A stretch of DNA of 64,000 bases from assembly GCF_963676685.1 (NCBI RefSeq), contig NC_092350.1:3038001-3102000 (forward strand), given 5' to 3'. The translations under genes and the position numbers were made by a program. Positions 12,244 through 23,877 of the stretch are shown piece after piece; the stretch's first letter is position 1, and each line of letters opens with the position of its first letter. The notes under the pieces are model-generated. The model saw nothing but the letters and a program-made list of their open reading frames with translations. It ran no database searches and was not told where the DNA came from. This DNA comes from Mytilus edulis (Eukaryota).

Positions 12244-12863
12244 TCATAACCACCCACTTCCAACTTGTCTGTTTCTCCTGTCATTTAAGTTTCTATCTAA
12301 TCTGTTTCTTCTATCAAAATTTGTATCCTGTCTGTTTCTAAATCTACCACCTAAATTCGTGTTTTGTCTTTCATTAAAGAAATCACTACCTAAACTGTCA
12401 ACGAATTCTCCGCCTATTCTGTTGTTTAAATTTTGGTTTCTACCTCCACCTAAACTATCAACGAATTGTCCGCCTATTCTGCTGTTTAAATTTTGGTTTC
12501 TACCTCCACCTAAACTATCAACGAATTCTCCGCCTATTCTGCTGTTTATATTTCGGTTTCTGCCCCCATTTTGCCATTGGGAACCGCCCTGCAATCTATC
12601 TAAATTATCTCCCCTGCCTCTGTTGCATATATCAATATCACACCCTCTACACCTCACGCCATGTTCAAATCCAAATGTTTCTTGTATACACTCTGGTGGT
12701 ATTATCTGAAGAGTACATCCTACATCACAGTCAGGTAGTCTCTTACTTGGTAACACGACAGGTTCTTTAGGTATATGTACTTGATCTGTCGGGAATCCAA
12801 TATGATCCTTTGCCTTGACCACGTGAGCCCTTTTTGTCTTTTTTTGATAGCCATATGTCCGAC
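12244..12863 (-). CDS. Cluster gene 2, exon 2: 6-Cys module, RGD and 3 copies of the 20-aa repeat (224 aa spliced)
   Basis: Acceptor tttcAG at 12864-12865. Junction reads GRTYGYQKKTKRAH into ORF 12244-12822. AATAAA at 12161-12166(-). Confidence 0.9.
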
Positions 12864-13039
12864 CTGAAATGATAAATTAAGAAAAAAATGTAAGTCAAAA
12901 TATACATTTACATTTAGTATTACAAGTGTTAATATCTTTAATTTCGTTAATTATAAAAGAAATGGTAGATTCTCGTCAATGCTCTTCAACTTCGTACTTT
13001 ATTTGGCCTTTTTTTTTTTTTTAACTTTTTTGGATTCGA

Positions 13040-13083
13040 GCGTCACTGATGAGTCTTTTGTAGACGAAACGCGCGTCTGACGT
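13040..13083 (+). ncRNA. Type I hammerhead ribozyme with intact core, inside a short retrozyme/PLE-like insertion (~12976-13126) in the gene 2 intron
   Basis: GCGTCA-CTGATGA-GTCT tttgt AGAC-GAA-ACGCGCGT-C^TGACGT. Stem I is 6 bp, stem II is 4 bp, stem III is a minimal palindrome. Predicted GUC cleavage after 13077. Confidence 0.85.
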
Positions 13084-14057
13084 ATATATAGAATTTAGTC
13101 CTGGTATATATCTATGATGAGTTTATGTTCAATGATAAAGCTAGGAACAACGACGATTTCGCGAAGCTTTCGTACGTAGGCATGTACATTTGACGCTTGG
13201 TCTTCGGTAATATCATCGTATCGGACAGAGGAGTAATAACCCAAAAAAAAAAAAGTTTCAAAAGATGATTAATTTGAAAAACTCAATAAATGTAACATTA
13301 TTGTTAATTTTAGCATATATGTTATTAAGATTTCAAAGTATATTACTTAAGTGTTATACATGTTGAAACAATTGATATGGTGTTTAAACACAATCAATCA
13401 TTTATGTTTTGTCTTTTCTTTTCCTCGCAATAAAACATTGCGTTATTGGTCGGACTTTATAAGAGAATACATACATTGACTTGATTGTTTCATTATAATT
13501 ATTCGTTTTTCGAACGTATTCATTATTTATTGATTCATTAATTTCAACACAAATATAAAAAATGAAAGTAATTGAAAAATATTTATTAATTTTGAATCCA
13601 TAAAATTGAGTTTGCACATTCATTAATTAAATCAATTAATATATCACACTTTAAATTGAACTGGGGGAAGAAAAATATCCATGTTGTAGCCACATTTTTT
13701 TTATCGAATACAATTTAAATACAATTGTGGCGCGCTCGTAGAACGAAACATTTCATTTTAATATTTCCGTATAAAAGCGTATAATGCATAATCAAAATAT
13801 AGATTTTATTATTTGTTTTTGATTTTGTCTAATCAACGCAAATTGTCCAATTGTTATTTTGTTCCATTTTTATTTTTTAGTAACTCATCACATATATCTG
13901 AAACTTCTATTTATAGTAGTCTCAGTATGTATTAAAAATTATACAAAAAAATATATTTAACATTTCAAAATCTATTATGTTTTTTGTTTTTTTTTGTACA
14001 AATTATATGAATGAACTTTAAAGCCCGGATTTATATTAACTAAAAAGAAAATCATAC

Positions 14058-14112
14058 CTTGAACTAAATAGAGAGAAACCAAAATAAGCACAAAACAAAG
14101 AAGAGACTGCAT
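14058..14112 (-). CDS. Cluster gene 2, exon 1: signal peptide MQSLLCFVLILVSLYLVQ(G)
   Basis: ATG at 14112, 55 nt, donor G|GTATGA. Confidence 0.9.
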
Positions 14113-14155
14113 GTTCAATGTTTTAAAGTTATGTCCAATCTGCTAAACTTTCCTT

Positions 14156-14345
14156 CTTTTATACCTTATAAAATGTCCGTATTTAAACTTATTCTACGTT
14201 GATTGGATTATATTAGATGAAAATAAAGTGTGACGTCACGATATTTGACTGATAATGACACCTTAATTGCCCATATGTCATCTTTATTACTTTTTATGGA
14301 CACATTGGGCGAATACGGTATCAAAAATGTGTGTATAGTGACGTT
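14156..14345 (-). promoter_or_regulatory. Gene 2 promoter: TATA, CCAAT and a palindromic CRE
   Basis: TATAAAAG at 14156-14163(-). ATTGG at 14202-14206. TGACGTCA at 14232-14239. Confidence 0.7.
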
Positions 14346-15040
14346 CCATATATATATTTATATATATTTATATAGTAACCTACAACATTGGGTGTTCAAA
14401 ATCAACGTATGCTAGTCGTTTAATGTTTGTTTATTGTCTAAACTATCGTTATGTTTCCCCCGTGTTTTTTGTAAGTTTAAAATGCGAAACGTTCAAAAGA
14501 CGGGTTATAAATATAACCTCATATTTACCAAATTACCTTAACATTTAGTGTAAGTTAAACATTGACCAATGAAGTACAATAATGTTTTTTTCTCGAATCA
14601 AATATGTCAATTGGATAAATGTCTAAAGATTTTTCAATAATTGTATGCCTATACACTGGACTATGTCTTCATTCATTGCTATCGAGGCCCTATGAACTTT
14701 GACAACTACTGTTGTTTCTTTAATTTGTGTTCTTGTACTTGTATTGTTGCGTACCTTGAACAGCTTATACAAGAAGCAGTAACAGTGCTCTTAACAACGA
14801 GTAATTTCGTATTGTTTTGAATACATGTTAGTTTATTCCACATTGGCTAGAGTTATAAGGAAGGTATCAGATCTCACAAAACATGTTTAACCCATTCGCG
14901 TTTTTTGCGCATGTCCAAAGCAGGAATCTCTGGTCTTTGTTAGTCTTGTATGTTTTTATTGAAACTTAGGTTCATTTTGATGTTTCGGAAGTTAGTTTGA
15001 CATTTATTTTTGCTGAAATACTGCATATTAGTTAGGGTCC

Positions 15041-16610
15041 AGGCATTATCCTTCATCAAAAATTAGTTCATCGAAAATACCTCCTTATTTCAAAGACCAG
15101 TCTGTACCAATCATTTCTTATGCCTATACCAAACCTATTGCAACTCAAATATTCAATTGCAAACACGTTTTGCAGGATCTCAGTATTGACGACTACAAGT
15201 CTAAACCTCCTAATTGCACTTGTGCTAGTTCCCAATTCACATATAATCCGGCTGGCCACGTTATTACCGGTGACCTCAACATTGTTAATAACACTTTCCT
15301 ACGAAATGTGTTATCGATAGGTCCAAAATATCGAGGCCGAAATCGATCAATTGAAATACAACTTTGAAATTTTGATGAATTCAGTGAAGGATTATGCCAG
15401 GAAATGGGCTAAGCGTGAGAAAGAAGACGTAGACACTCTTTGCGAATGGATTAAGGCAGTGAGGTCGTTGATGCAAATCAGAATTAAGAAACTGAATGGG
15501 TCTATCTATGCTCAAGCTACGTCAATCTTTAAAGACCCAAATGTTGCAAAACACTTATCCTACCTTTATGACAAATATGTTGTTGTCCCCCACAGATAAA
15601 GCCCCAAACAACATCGTTTTTATGTGTAAAACTCATTACATTAACTGCTTGATAAACGAATTAGGTATATACTTGGAAACCCAACATATACCCCCATGAC
15701 ACTTACCAAAGAGGAAATCCTAGATAATCATAAATCTTTTCTATGTTCCTTTGGAGTTTCAACCAAAGATGATGAACTGGATCTTCCATCACCTTATTGG
15801 ATACCTAAACTGCATACGTGTCCTTACAATCAACGGTATATTGCTGGGTCTTCCAAGTGCTCCACGAAACCTCTAAATTATTAACATCTATGTTATCAGC
15901 AACAAAGACGGGCTTCAAAGTTTTTAATAAACTGCCTATTCTAGAGGTGGCGTGAATCAGATGTGGATACTTAAAAATTCCAAAGATATTTAGAGTTCAT
16001 ACAATCGTACTCTCTTTCATCTTGTAATAGTATTAAAACATTTGATTTTTCTACACTTTATACAAGTATTCCACATTCCAAACTAAAAGACAAATTGAAA
16101 GAGTTGGTATTGCTTTGTTTCATAAAAGAAAAATGACCAACAAAGATATAAGTATCTTGTCTTAGGAAGAATACATCCTACTTTGTAAAGGACCACTGTG
16201 GTTCAAACAAAAAATTCTCTGGAACTGACATTATCAAGATGCTTGATTTCTTAATTGACAACATATTTGTTACGTTCGGAGGACGTGTTTTTCAACAGAA
16301 TTCGGCATTCCAATGGGAACAAATTGTGCCCCTCTTCTTGCCGACTTGTTTCTTTATTATTATGAGGCTGACTTCATACATGAACTTCTTAGGAAGAAAG
16401 ATAAGAAGTAAGCAATATCCTTTAACTCTACTTTCCGCTATATAGATGATGTTCTTTCACTACATAATTCAAAATTTGGTGACTGTGTCGAACGCATCTA
16501 TCCAATTGAACTAGAGATAAAGGATACAACAGCCAGGTACAGTTAAGTCGGCCTCATATCTTGACTTACATCTAGAAATTGACAATGAGGGTCTATTGAA
16601 AACAAAATTT
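15041..16610 (+). mobile_element. Decayed Naiad-type Penelope-like retroelement (5'-truncated, 3' end deleted)
   Basis: Frameshifted ORF pieces: CxC linker PPNCTC...GHVITGD, DKAPNN, YWIPKLH, FDFSTLYTSIPH, GIPMGTNCAP-like and YIDD. Confidence 0.85.
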
Positions 16611-17272
16611 TGAACACCAAATCAATAATTGCGATGCTTTCACACATGAGTCTGCTGTCTACTACACACTTGTCAAGTGTGCTTACCTTTTAGAAGCCTA
16701 TTATCTAGGAACCAATGTGAATTTCGTTATTCAATCTTTTAACAATGTGGAAACTTGAGCACGCTGAGTATTAACAACAATGATTCAGAAAGTAAAAATA
16801 GAATTACAACATGAACAGAACAAAAAACCAGCAAAAATAGAATACCAACGAATAAATTATGTCAAAATAAATAAAAATGTACTTAATCTACATATAAATT
16901 GTAATAAAATTGATTGTAACAAATAGGGAAATTTACTTTGCCGGAAGCTTTTTTATTATTTCAGAATGTTTTGATTGACGTGTACTTTTTATAGACACTA
17001 TAATAAATAAATATGTGAAAAGAAATAATAATATTTTAATGCTTATGATACAAACAAAAACATGGTGTATGCATCTAAAATATATCTCACAAAGAATGGA
17101 AATATGGTGTTACAGCTCGTAAGGACTATTGGAGGACTGGCTTTGCTAAAGCATTCGCATTCGAAATAACATAAATGATTCCAATTATACTGTACATATA
17201 TGCGTATTTTCAATCAATTTCTCTTCAGTGATGTGCGAGGCCAAACTATTTCTAGAGTTATCACTTATGATA

Positions 17273-17547
17273 AGCACTTGTCTAAGAGCAAGTGCGTGTT
17301 GTACTCGGTATATTATGATATCGCGAATAAACATGCCGTTTTGAGCCTTTGAGCCTCCTTATTATTCAAACTTTGTTTTAGAAACAGATTTAGAAATCAA
17401 TCCTCTAGTGGACTACATGTCCCCTCTCTAATCCGATTGTATCAACAACCAAGAAGCCAGTACATCGGCACTGGCATAACAATACAGATAGTGATGTGAT
17501 ATCATAATATACCAGGTACAATACACACTGGCTCCTAGACAAGTGCT
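17273..17547. mobile_element. ~275-bp MITE with ~50-bp imperfect TIRs
   Basis: AGCACTTGTCTAAGAGCAAGTGCGTG... pairs with ...CACACTGGCTCCTAGACAAGTGCT. Paralogous copies at ~27111 (left arm only) and ~40205-40477. Confidence 0.55.
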
Positions 17548-19190
17548 AATAAAAAGTCAAAGTTCTGGAAAAATTGGAAAAAACAAGTATTATATCTTAA
17601 CATTTCAAGAGTGCAAACACTACGAACATATCAAATCGATTATTTAACGTGGAATGGCCATACATTTCTACATTATTAACGACTAGTATTGCAATTACAG
17701 CAGCTATAATGATATCACTGTTTAATGGTTGAGATGTACATTTTGACAATTAATACCTCTGCATTGTTGCAACAAAATCAAAATAACAAAAATACAAAAC
17801 TCCGTTGAAAATCCATAATGGTAAGTTGGTCATGAAATGGCAAAATCAAAACCTCGAACACAATAACCGCATGGATAACAACTGTCATATTCCTGACATG
17901 CTTTGATGAAGACATTTTCTGGTGTAGAAAACGCAAAAAACGTCAAAATATTTAAAATTCATACATGGATACAAACGTTTTAAAAGAAAAGAAACATCTC
18001 TTTATAACATGCATGCGTCCTTATTGCTTCTCTTGGTTATCAGGACCACTCGAAGCCGAATGTTTGAATATTTTTCAATTGATTTCTATAGTCCTTTCTT
18101 GATTTGAAATGTTACACAACTGTCGCAGGTTTAAGGGGGATCCCGCGAACATGTTTAACCCCGCCACATTCTGTATGCATTTGACTGTCCCAAGTCAGGA
18201 TCATGTAAGTCAGTGGTTGTCGTTTATTGATGTATTAAATAATTTTTTTCGTAAAGCTTTTGGACATAAAAGGACGTTACATTTCTTGTTTGATTTGTTT
18301 TACATTTGTCATTTTATAGATAATAATGCGTAATTGGCTTTGCTCAATGTTGAAGGCCTTATTGTGACCTATAGTTGTTAATTTCTATTTCATTTGGTCT
18401 CTTGTGGAGAGTTGTCTCATTTGCAGTTATACCACATCATATTTTTTAAATCAAAGTAAATATTGTCCGTCAACAGTGACAAAATGTTCGGCGGACACTA
18501 TTTCATGGGGGACATTTTGAAATCCTACAAATGAACCTTATGCCCAGTTTGAGTACTTGCTTTTCATGTATTTAGTTTTGGTGATATATTTGTGATTTGT
18601 CTCATGCTTAGTTCGTTTCTGTGTGTGTTACATTTTAATATTGTGTCGTTGATCTCCTCTTATATTTAATGTGTTTCCCTCAGTTTTAGTTTGTAACCCG
18701 GAATTGTTATTTTCAATCGATTTATGAGTTTCGAACAGCGGTATACTACTGTTGCCTTTATTTGCCTACAAACCACTTCATAAAAAATCTTTAAAGAAAG
18801 TATGTGGATGTATATGTGTGTGTCGTTGGGTTAATGTCTATTTCGTTTAAACCTAATCTAATTGTCATAAACAAATAAATTTACCCATGTACTCAAATTG
18901 AAGACTTTAAACATCTAGGCAATCTTGGCACTTTAAAACTTGTTATGCGGTATGAGGTTTAATTCATTGTTGAAGGCTTTAGGATGACCTACAATTATTA
19001 TCTTTTCGTCATTCAGTCTATGGTGGAAAATTCTTTATTTGCAATATTACCCAATCTGATTGATTTTATAACAAAACCCAATAAGCAAGAAATAGATCTT
19101 TACCCGTTTATTGATTATATAAAAATTGTACAACAAAATACTCTGGATTTCTAAATGTTTTTACAAAATACTCAAATCGTCACCACGTGA

Positions 19191-19930
19191 TCATAACCAC
19201 CCACTTCCAACTTGTCTGTTTCTCCTGTCATTTAAGTTTATATCTAATCTGTTTCTTCTATCAAAATTGGTATCCTGTCTGTTTCTAAATCTACCACCTA
19301 AATTCATGTTTTGTCTTTCGTTAAAGAAATCACTACCTAAACTGTCAACGAATTCTCCGCCTATTCTGCTGTTTAAATTTTGGTTTCTACCTCCACCTAA
19401 ACTATCAACGAATTCTCCGCCTATTCTGCTGTTTAAATTTTGGTTTCTACCTCCACCTAAACTATCAACGAATTCTCCGCCTATTCTGCTGTTTAAATTT
19501 TGGTTTCTACCTTCACCTAAACTATCAACGAATTGTCCGCCTATTCTGTTGTTTAAATTTTGGTTTCTACCTCCACCTAAACTATCAACGAATTCTCCGC
19601 CTATTCTGCTGTTTATATTTCGGTTTCTGCCTCTATTTTGCCACTGGGAACTACCCTGCAATCTATTTAAATTATCTCCCCTTCCTCTATTGCAAATATT
19701 AACATCACACCCTCTACACTTCACGCCATGTTCAAATCCAAATGTTTCTTGTATACACTCTGGTGGTATTATCTGAAGAGTACATCCTACATCACAGTCA
19801 GGTAGTCTCTTACTTGGAAACACGACATGTTCTTTGGGTTTATGTACTTGATCTGTCGGGAATCCAATTGGATCCTTTGCCTTAACCACGTGATCCCTTT
19901 TTATCTTTTTTTGATAACCATATGTCCGAC
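19191..19930 (-). CDS. Cluster gene 3, exon 2: 6-Cys module, RGD and 5 copies of the 20-aa repeat (264 aa spliced)
   Basis: Acceptor tttcAG at 19931-19932. Junction reads GRTYGYQKKIKRDH into ORF 19191-19889. AATAAA at 19107-19112(-). Confidence 0.88.
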
Positions 19931-20009
19931 CTGAAACGATAAATCGAGAAAAGAATGTAATTCAAAATAAATTTACATTTGCATGTAGTTATACACGTTT
20001 TATCTTTAA

Positions 20010-21320
20010 GGGCATACGATACAGTTACAGGGGAGGTAATGACGTTGCTAACATAAAATGTTATTTTCGCGACGTCAAACTGTGACATATCGGGAAAAGA
20101 TGCATTTTTTGACTGATTTTTATCATTCAAACTGATTTAATTTGAAAACGAGTGCATGGACCCCTATTTTTTAAAACGACATTTTGTTTCATTTTGCAGG
20201 GAGATTATGTGAACCAAATTTTATAAAACTGTAAATAGTGCAATTTTTTTAATGTTAATAAATATACAGCAAAACTTTCATTTTTTTCTCAATTCATGAC
20301 CATTTGATAGATATGAGTTATTTCTGAATAAAAAATGCATAAATTGATTGCACTGCCGGGTATTTCAGGTTGAAGTGATTTGTCAGTGTTTGTTGGAGGA
20401 GGGGGGAGATCTGGTAGGACTGTAACTGTCTGCATGTCAGAATCATCAGAATCATACATTTGAGATTGAAAAAGTTGCAGAAGTTCTTCTGTTACTGCAG
20501 GAGGGGAGGAAGAAATTACTGGTTCTTTTGGTACCTCATGAGGATCAATTAGAACGTCAAATCTGTATCTGGCTTCAGTGATAATTTTCCCATCATTTAG
20601 TTTGATTTCCCATAACGGGAACCCAAAGTTTTTATTTTCAGCTAGTATAACACCCTCTTCACCCGAGATAAGTCTAACTCTTTTTCCCCTTTCTAGAACT
20701 TCGTTCAGAGACATCTTTTTATTATGTAATTATTTAGCAGACGATGCGATCGCGATTTTGTTTACACGTAACCAAGGAGTTTTACGAGTTTAAAGCAGGC
20801 TAAGTCCGAAAAGTTTGAAGGTAAATTGTTTTATTCTGAGAAGTGTCTCCAAACAAGGTGCACCAAATATTTAATGCAGACAGAGAAAAAAGTAGTCCCG
20901 GCAGAAATATTGACCAATCAGGTGCCGAGAACAGATTTTTCACTAGTGAAAATAAATTTGTCTCACACCGGTCAGGAAATGTGAAAATAGCACAAAAATT
21001 AGAGAAGGGTTATTTCTGAATAAAAAATGCATACATTTTTAGAATACTTATAAAATACAGAAATGACAAATTATTTAACGAAAAACTATTTGTGTTTATC
21101 TTTTGAAACAAAAAAGTTATGGCTTTCTTTCGAAAGGGAAAATACGGCCACAAATCCGAATTTTTAGCAAATATACCAGATTTCGACCTCATTTAACTCA
21201 AAAAGTAGCACATGAAGGTATATTTTTTTATTACATATTTGATTTAATCAGGCAAACAATAGCCTATATGGAAATTTTCATCAAACTGTAAATACGGGAT
21301 CAAAACTGTATCGTATGCCC
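20010..21320. mobile_element. Non-autonomous TTAA-specific DNA transposon (Kolobok-like termini; Crypton not excluded) in the gene 3 intron
   Basis: Perfect 17-bp TIR GGGCATACGATACAGTT at 20010-20026 and 21304-21320. TTAA at 20006-20009 and 21321-21324. The paralogous intron of gene 2 has a single TTAA empty site (12938-12941). Confidence 0.85.
20289..20714 (-). CDS. 141-aa ORF inside the TTAA element, probably a truncated element-encoded protein
   Basis: ATG start. The first ~55 aa look like a small beta-barrel, followed by an acidic/Pro-rich linker. Confidence 0.45.
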   Translation of the reverse strand: MSLNEVLERGKRVRLISGEEGVILAENKNFGFPLWEIKLNDGKIITEARYRFDVLIDPHEVPKEPVISSSPPAVTEELLQLFQSQMYDSDDSDMQTVTVLPDLPPPPTNTDKSLQPEIPGSAINLCIFYSEITHIYQMVMN

Positions 21321-21359
21321 TTAATTTCTCTAATTTTAAAAGAAACGACAATCAAGCTA

Positions 21360-21935
21360 GTATGACCCGACAATTGTTCGTTCAAAGTTCACATTTAGGA
21401 TTTTGTATATTTCTTTAATCTATGCTTTTTATTATTATTCCGAGTCCTTATTGCGTTTTAATAATTTATTAGTTTATTGTATTTTACGCTATTCAAAAGT
21501 TACTTGTATTTTACACTTAACTATAATCCTTTCATTTAGATCAATTATCAAAGATTTATATCCGTCTTTAAGATAAAAGGTTTTGTGATAAAGAATATAG
21601 ATAATTTGACACTAAGTGATAAATGCCGAAAGCTATTCTTGACAAACTGATACGAACCATGTTTTAATTCGTAATCCCCGCTTTCGGCAAAACGCGAATT
21701 AATATTATTTAATAAAAAGATATTTGATTGGTTCATTTTCCGTATGTCAATCAGTCTTTTGAATTTGTATTTTATATTTGTTTGTATGTTGTTATTCAGT
21801 TATGTTTTAATATTTGAAATATATGGATGTGAAATAAATATGTAAACTTTCCAGCGACTTGGACTTTATCTCAACTACCGCTAGTTTCCCAGAAACTAAC
21901 TAATATGACAGAGGTGACCAACAACCTGGTCATAC
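21360..21935. mobile_element. ~575-bp TIR insertion (TA or CTAG target duplication) in the gene 3 intron
   Basis: CTAGTATGACC at 21357 and GGTCATACTAG ending at 21938. Empty site AAGCTAGGAACAAC in gene 2 (13138) and gene 4 (28811). Confidence 0.75.
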
Positions 21936-22897
21936 TAGGAACAACCACGACGTCGCCAAGCTTTATTACGTAAGCATTTTCATTTGAAACTTCGTCGACG
22001 ATAGTCGCACCATATCGGAGAGAAGAGTAATAACCAAATAAATCGTTTCAAAATTTTGAAAAACTCAATATATGTAACATTATTGCCTTTGCCATGTGAT
22101 TATGGACTTTCCGAATTGATTTTCCTCTAAGTTCAGTATTTTTGTGATTTTACTTTTTTTTCAGCATACATGCTTTTAAGATTTCAAAGTATTTTATTTA
22201 TTGTTATCTTTTGCAACAATTGGCAGGTTGTTTAAACACAATCAATCATTTGTGTTTTGTCTTTTCTTTTCCTCGCAATAAAACATCTTGTTATTGATCG
22301 TATTTTATAAAAATACATACATTGACTTGATTGTTTTATTATAATTATTCGTTTTCCGAATTCATTATTTATTGATTCATTAATTTCAACACAAATATCA
22401 CAAATGAAAGTAATTGAAAAATATTTATTAATTTTGAATTCATAAAATTGAGTTTGCACATTCATTAATTAAATCAACTAATAGATCACACTTTAAATTG
22501 AACTGGGGGAAGAAAAATATCCATGTTGTAGCCACATTTTTTTATCGAATACAATTTAAATACAATTGTGGCCCGCTCGTAGAACGAAACATTTCATTTT
22601 AATATTTCCGTATAAAAGCGTATAATGCATAATCAAAATATAGATTTTATTATTTGTTTTTTGATTTTGTCTAATCAACGCACATTGTCCAATTGTTCTT
22701 TTGTTCCATTTTTTATTTTTTAGTTACTCATCACATATATCTGAAACTTCTATTTATAGTAGTCTCAGTATGTATTAAAAATTATACAAAAAAATATATT
22801 TAACATTTCAAAATCTATTATGTTTTGTTTTTTTTCTACAAATTATATGAATGAACTTTAAAGCCCGGATTTATATTAACTAAAAAGAAAATCATAC

Positions 22898-22952
22898 CTT
22901 GAACTAAATAGAGAGAAACCAAAATAAGCACAAAACAAAGAAGAGACTGCAT
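22898..22952 (-). CDS. Cluster gene 3, exon 1: signal peptide MQSLLCFVLILVSLYLVQ(G)
   Basis: ATG at 22952, 55 nt, donor G|GTATGA. Identical to gene 2 exon 1. Confidence 0.88.
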
Positions 22953-22995
22953 GTTCAATGTTTTAAAGTTATGTCCAATCTGCTAAACTTTCCTT

Positions 22996-23190
22996 CTGTT
23001 ATACCTTATAAAATGTCCGTATTTAAACTTATTCTACGTTGATTGGATTATATTAGATGAAAATAAAGTGTGACGTCACGATATTTGACTGATAATGACA
23101 CCTTAATTGCCCATATGTCATCTTTATTATTATATTTTATGGACACATTGGGCAAATACGGTATCAAAGATGTGTGTAGAGTGACGTTCC
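22996..23190 (-). promoter_or_regulatory. Gene 3 promoter with variant TATA box (TATAACAG)
   Basis: Paralog of the gene 2 promoter. TGACGTCA at 23072-23079. One substitution in the TATA box at 22998. Confidence 0.65.
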
Positions 23191-23877
23191 ATATATATAT
23201 ATATATATATAGTAACCTACAACATTGGGTGTTCAAAATCAACGTATGCCAGTCGTTTAATGTTTGTTTATTGTCTAAACTATCGTTATGTTTCCCCTGT
23301 GTTTTTTGTAAGTTTAAAATGCGAAACGTTCAAAAGACGGGTTATAAATATAACCTCCTATTTACAAAATTACCTTAATATTTAGTGTAAGTTAAACATT
23401 GACCAATGAAACACAATAATGTTTTTTCTCGAATCAAATATGTCAATTGGATAAATGTCTAAAGGTTTTTCAATAATTGTATGCCTATACACTGGACTAT
23501 GTCTTCATTCATTGCTATCGAGGCCCTATGAAATATGACAACTACTGTTGTTTCTTTAATTTGTGTTCTTGTACTTCTATTGTTGCGTACCTTGAACAGC
23601 TTATACAAGAAGCAGTAACAGTTCTCTTAACAACGAGCAATTTCGTATTGTTTTAAATACATGTTAGTTTATTCCACATTTGCTAGAGTTATAAGGAAGG
23701 TATCAGATCTCACAAAACATGTTTAACCAAGCCGCGTTTTTTGCGCATGTCCAAAGCAGGAACCTCTGGTCTTTGTTAGTCTTGTATGTTTTTATTGAAA
23801 CTTAGGTTCATTTTGATGTTTCGAAGGTTAGTATGACATTTCTTTTTGCTGAAATACTACATATTATTTAGGGTCCA

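Larger units (their letters stand above)
13380..19990. repeat. Segmental duplication unit X (paralogous to X' at ~22230-28800)
   Basis: Collinear intron, exon 1, promoter, Naiad insertion, intergenic DNA and next exon 2. Offset is 8840 at exon 1 and 8795 at exon 2. Confidence 0.85.

Noticed and set aside
12385-12560. Resemblance of DSLGG repeats and the terminal QVGxGW to molluscan FCAP neuropeptides (ALDSLGGFQVHGW)
   Set aside because: The repeats are not flanked by KR sites, and the two sub-motifs are far apart rather than in one peptide. Probably coincidental.
12209-19776. Plus-strand ORFs 12209-12709 and 19126-19776 (also 4155-4590 and 47876-48445)
   Set aside because: They are antisense shadows of the repetitive minus-strand exons, with no signal exon, promoter or consistent conservation across paralogs.
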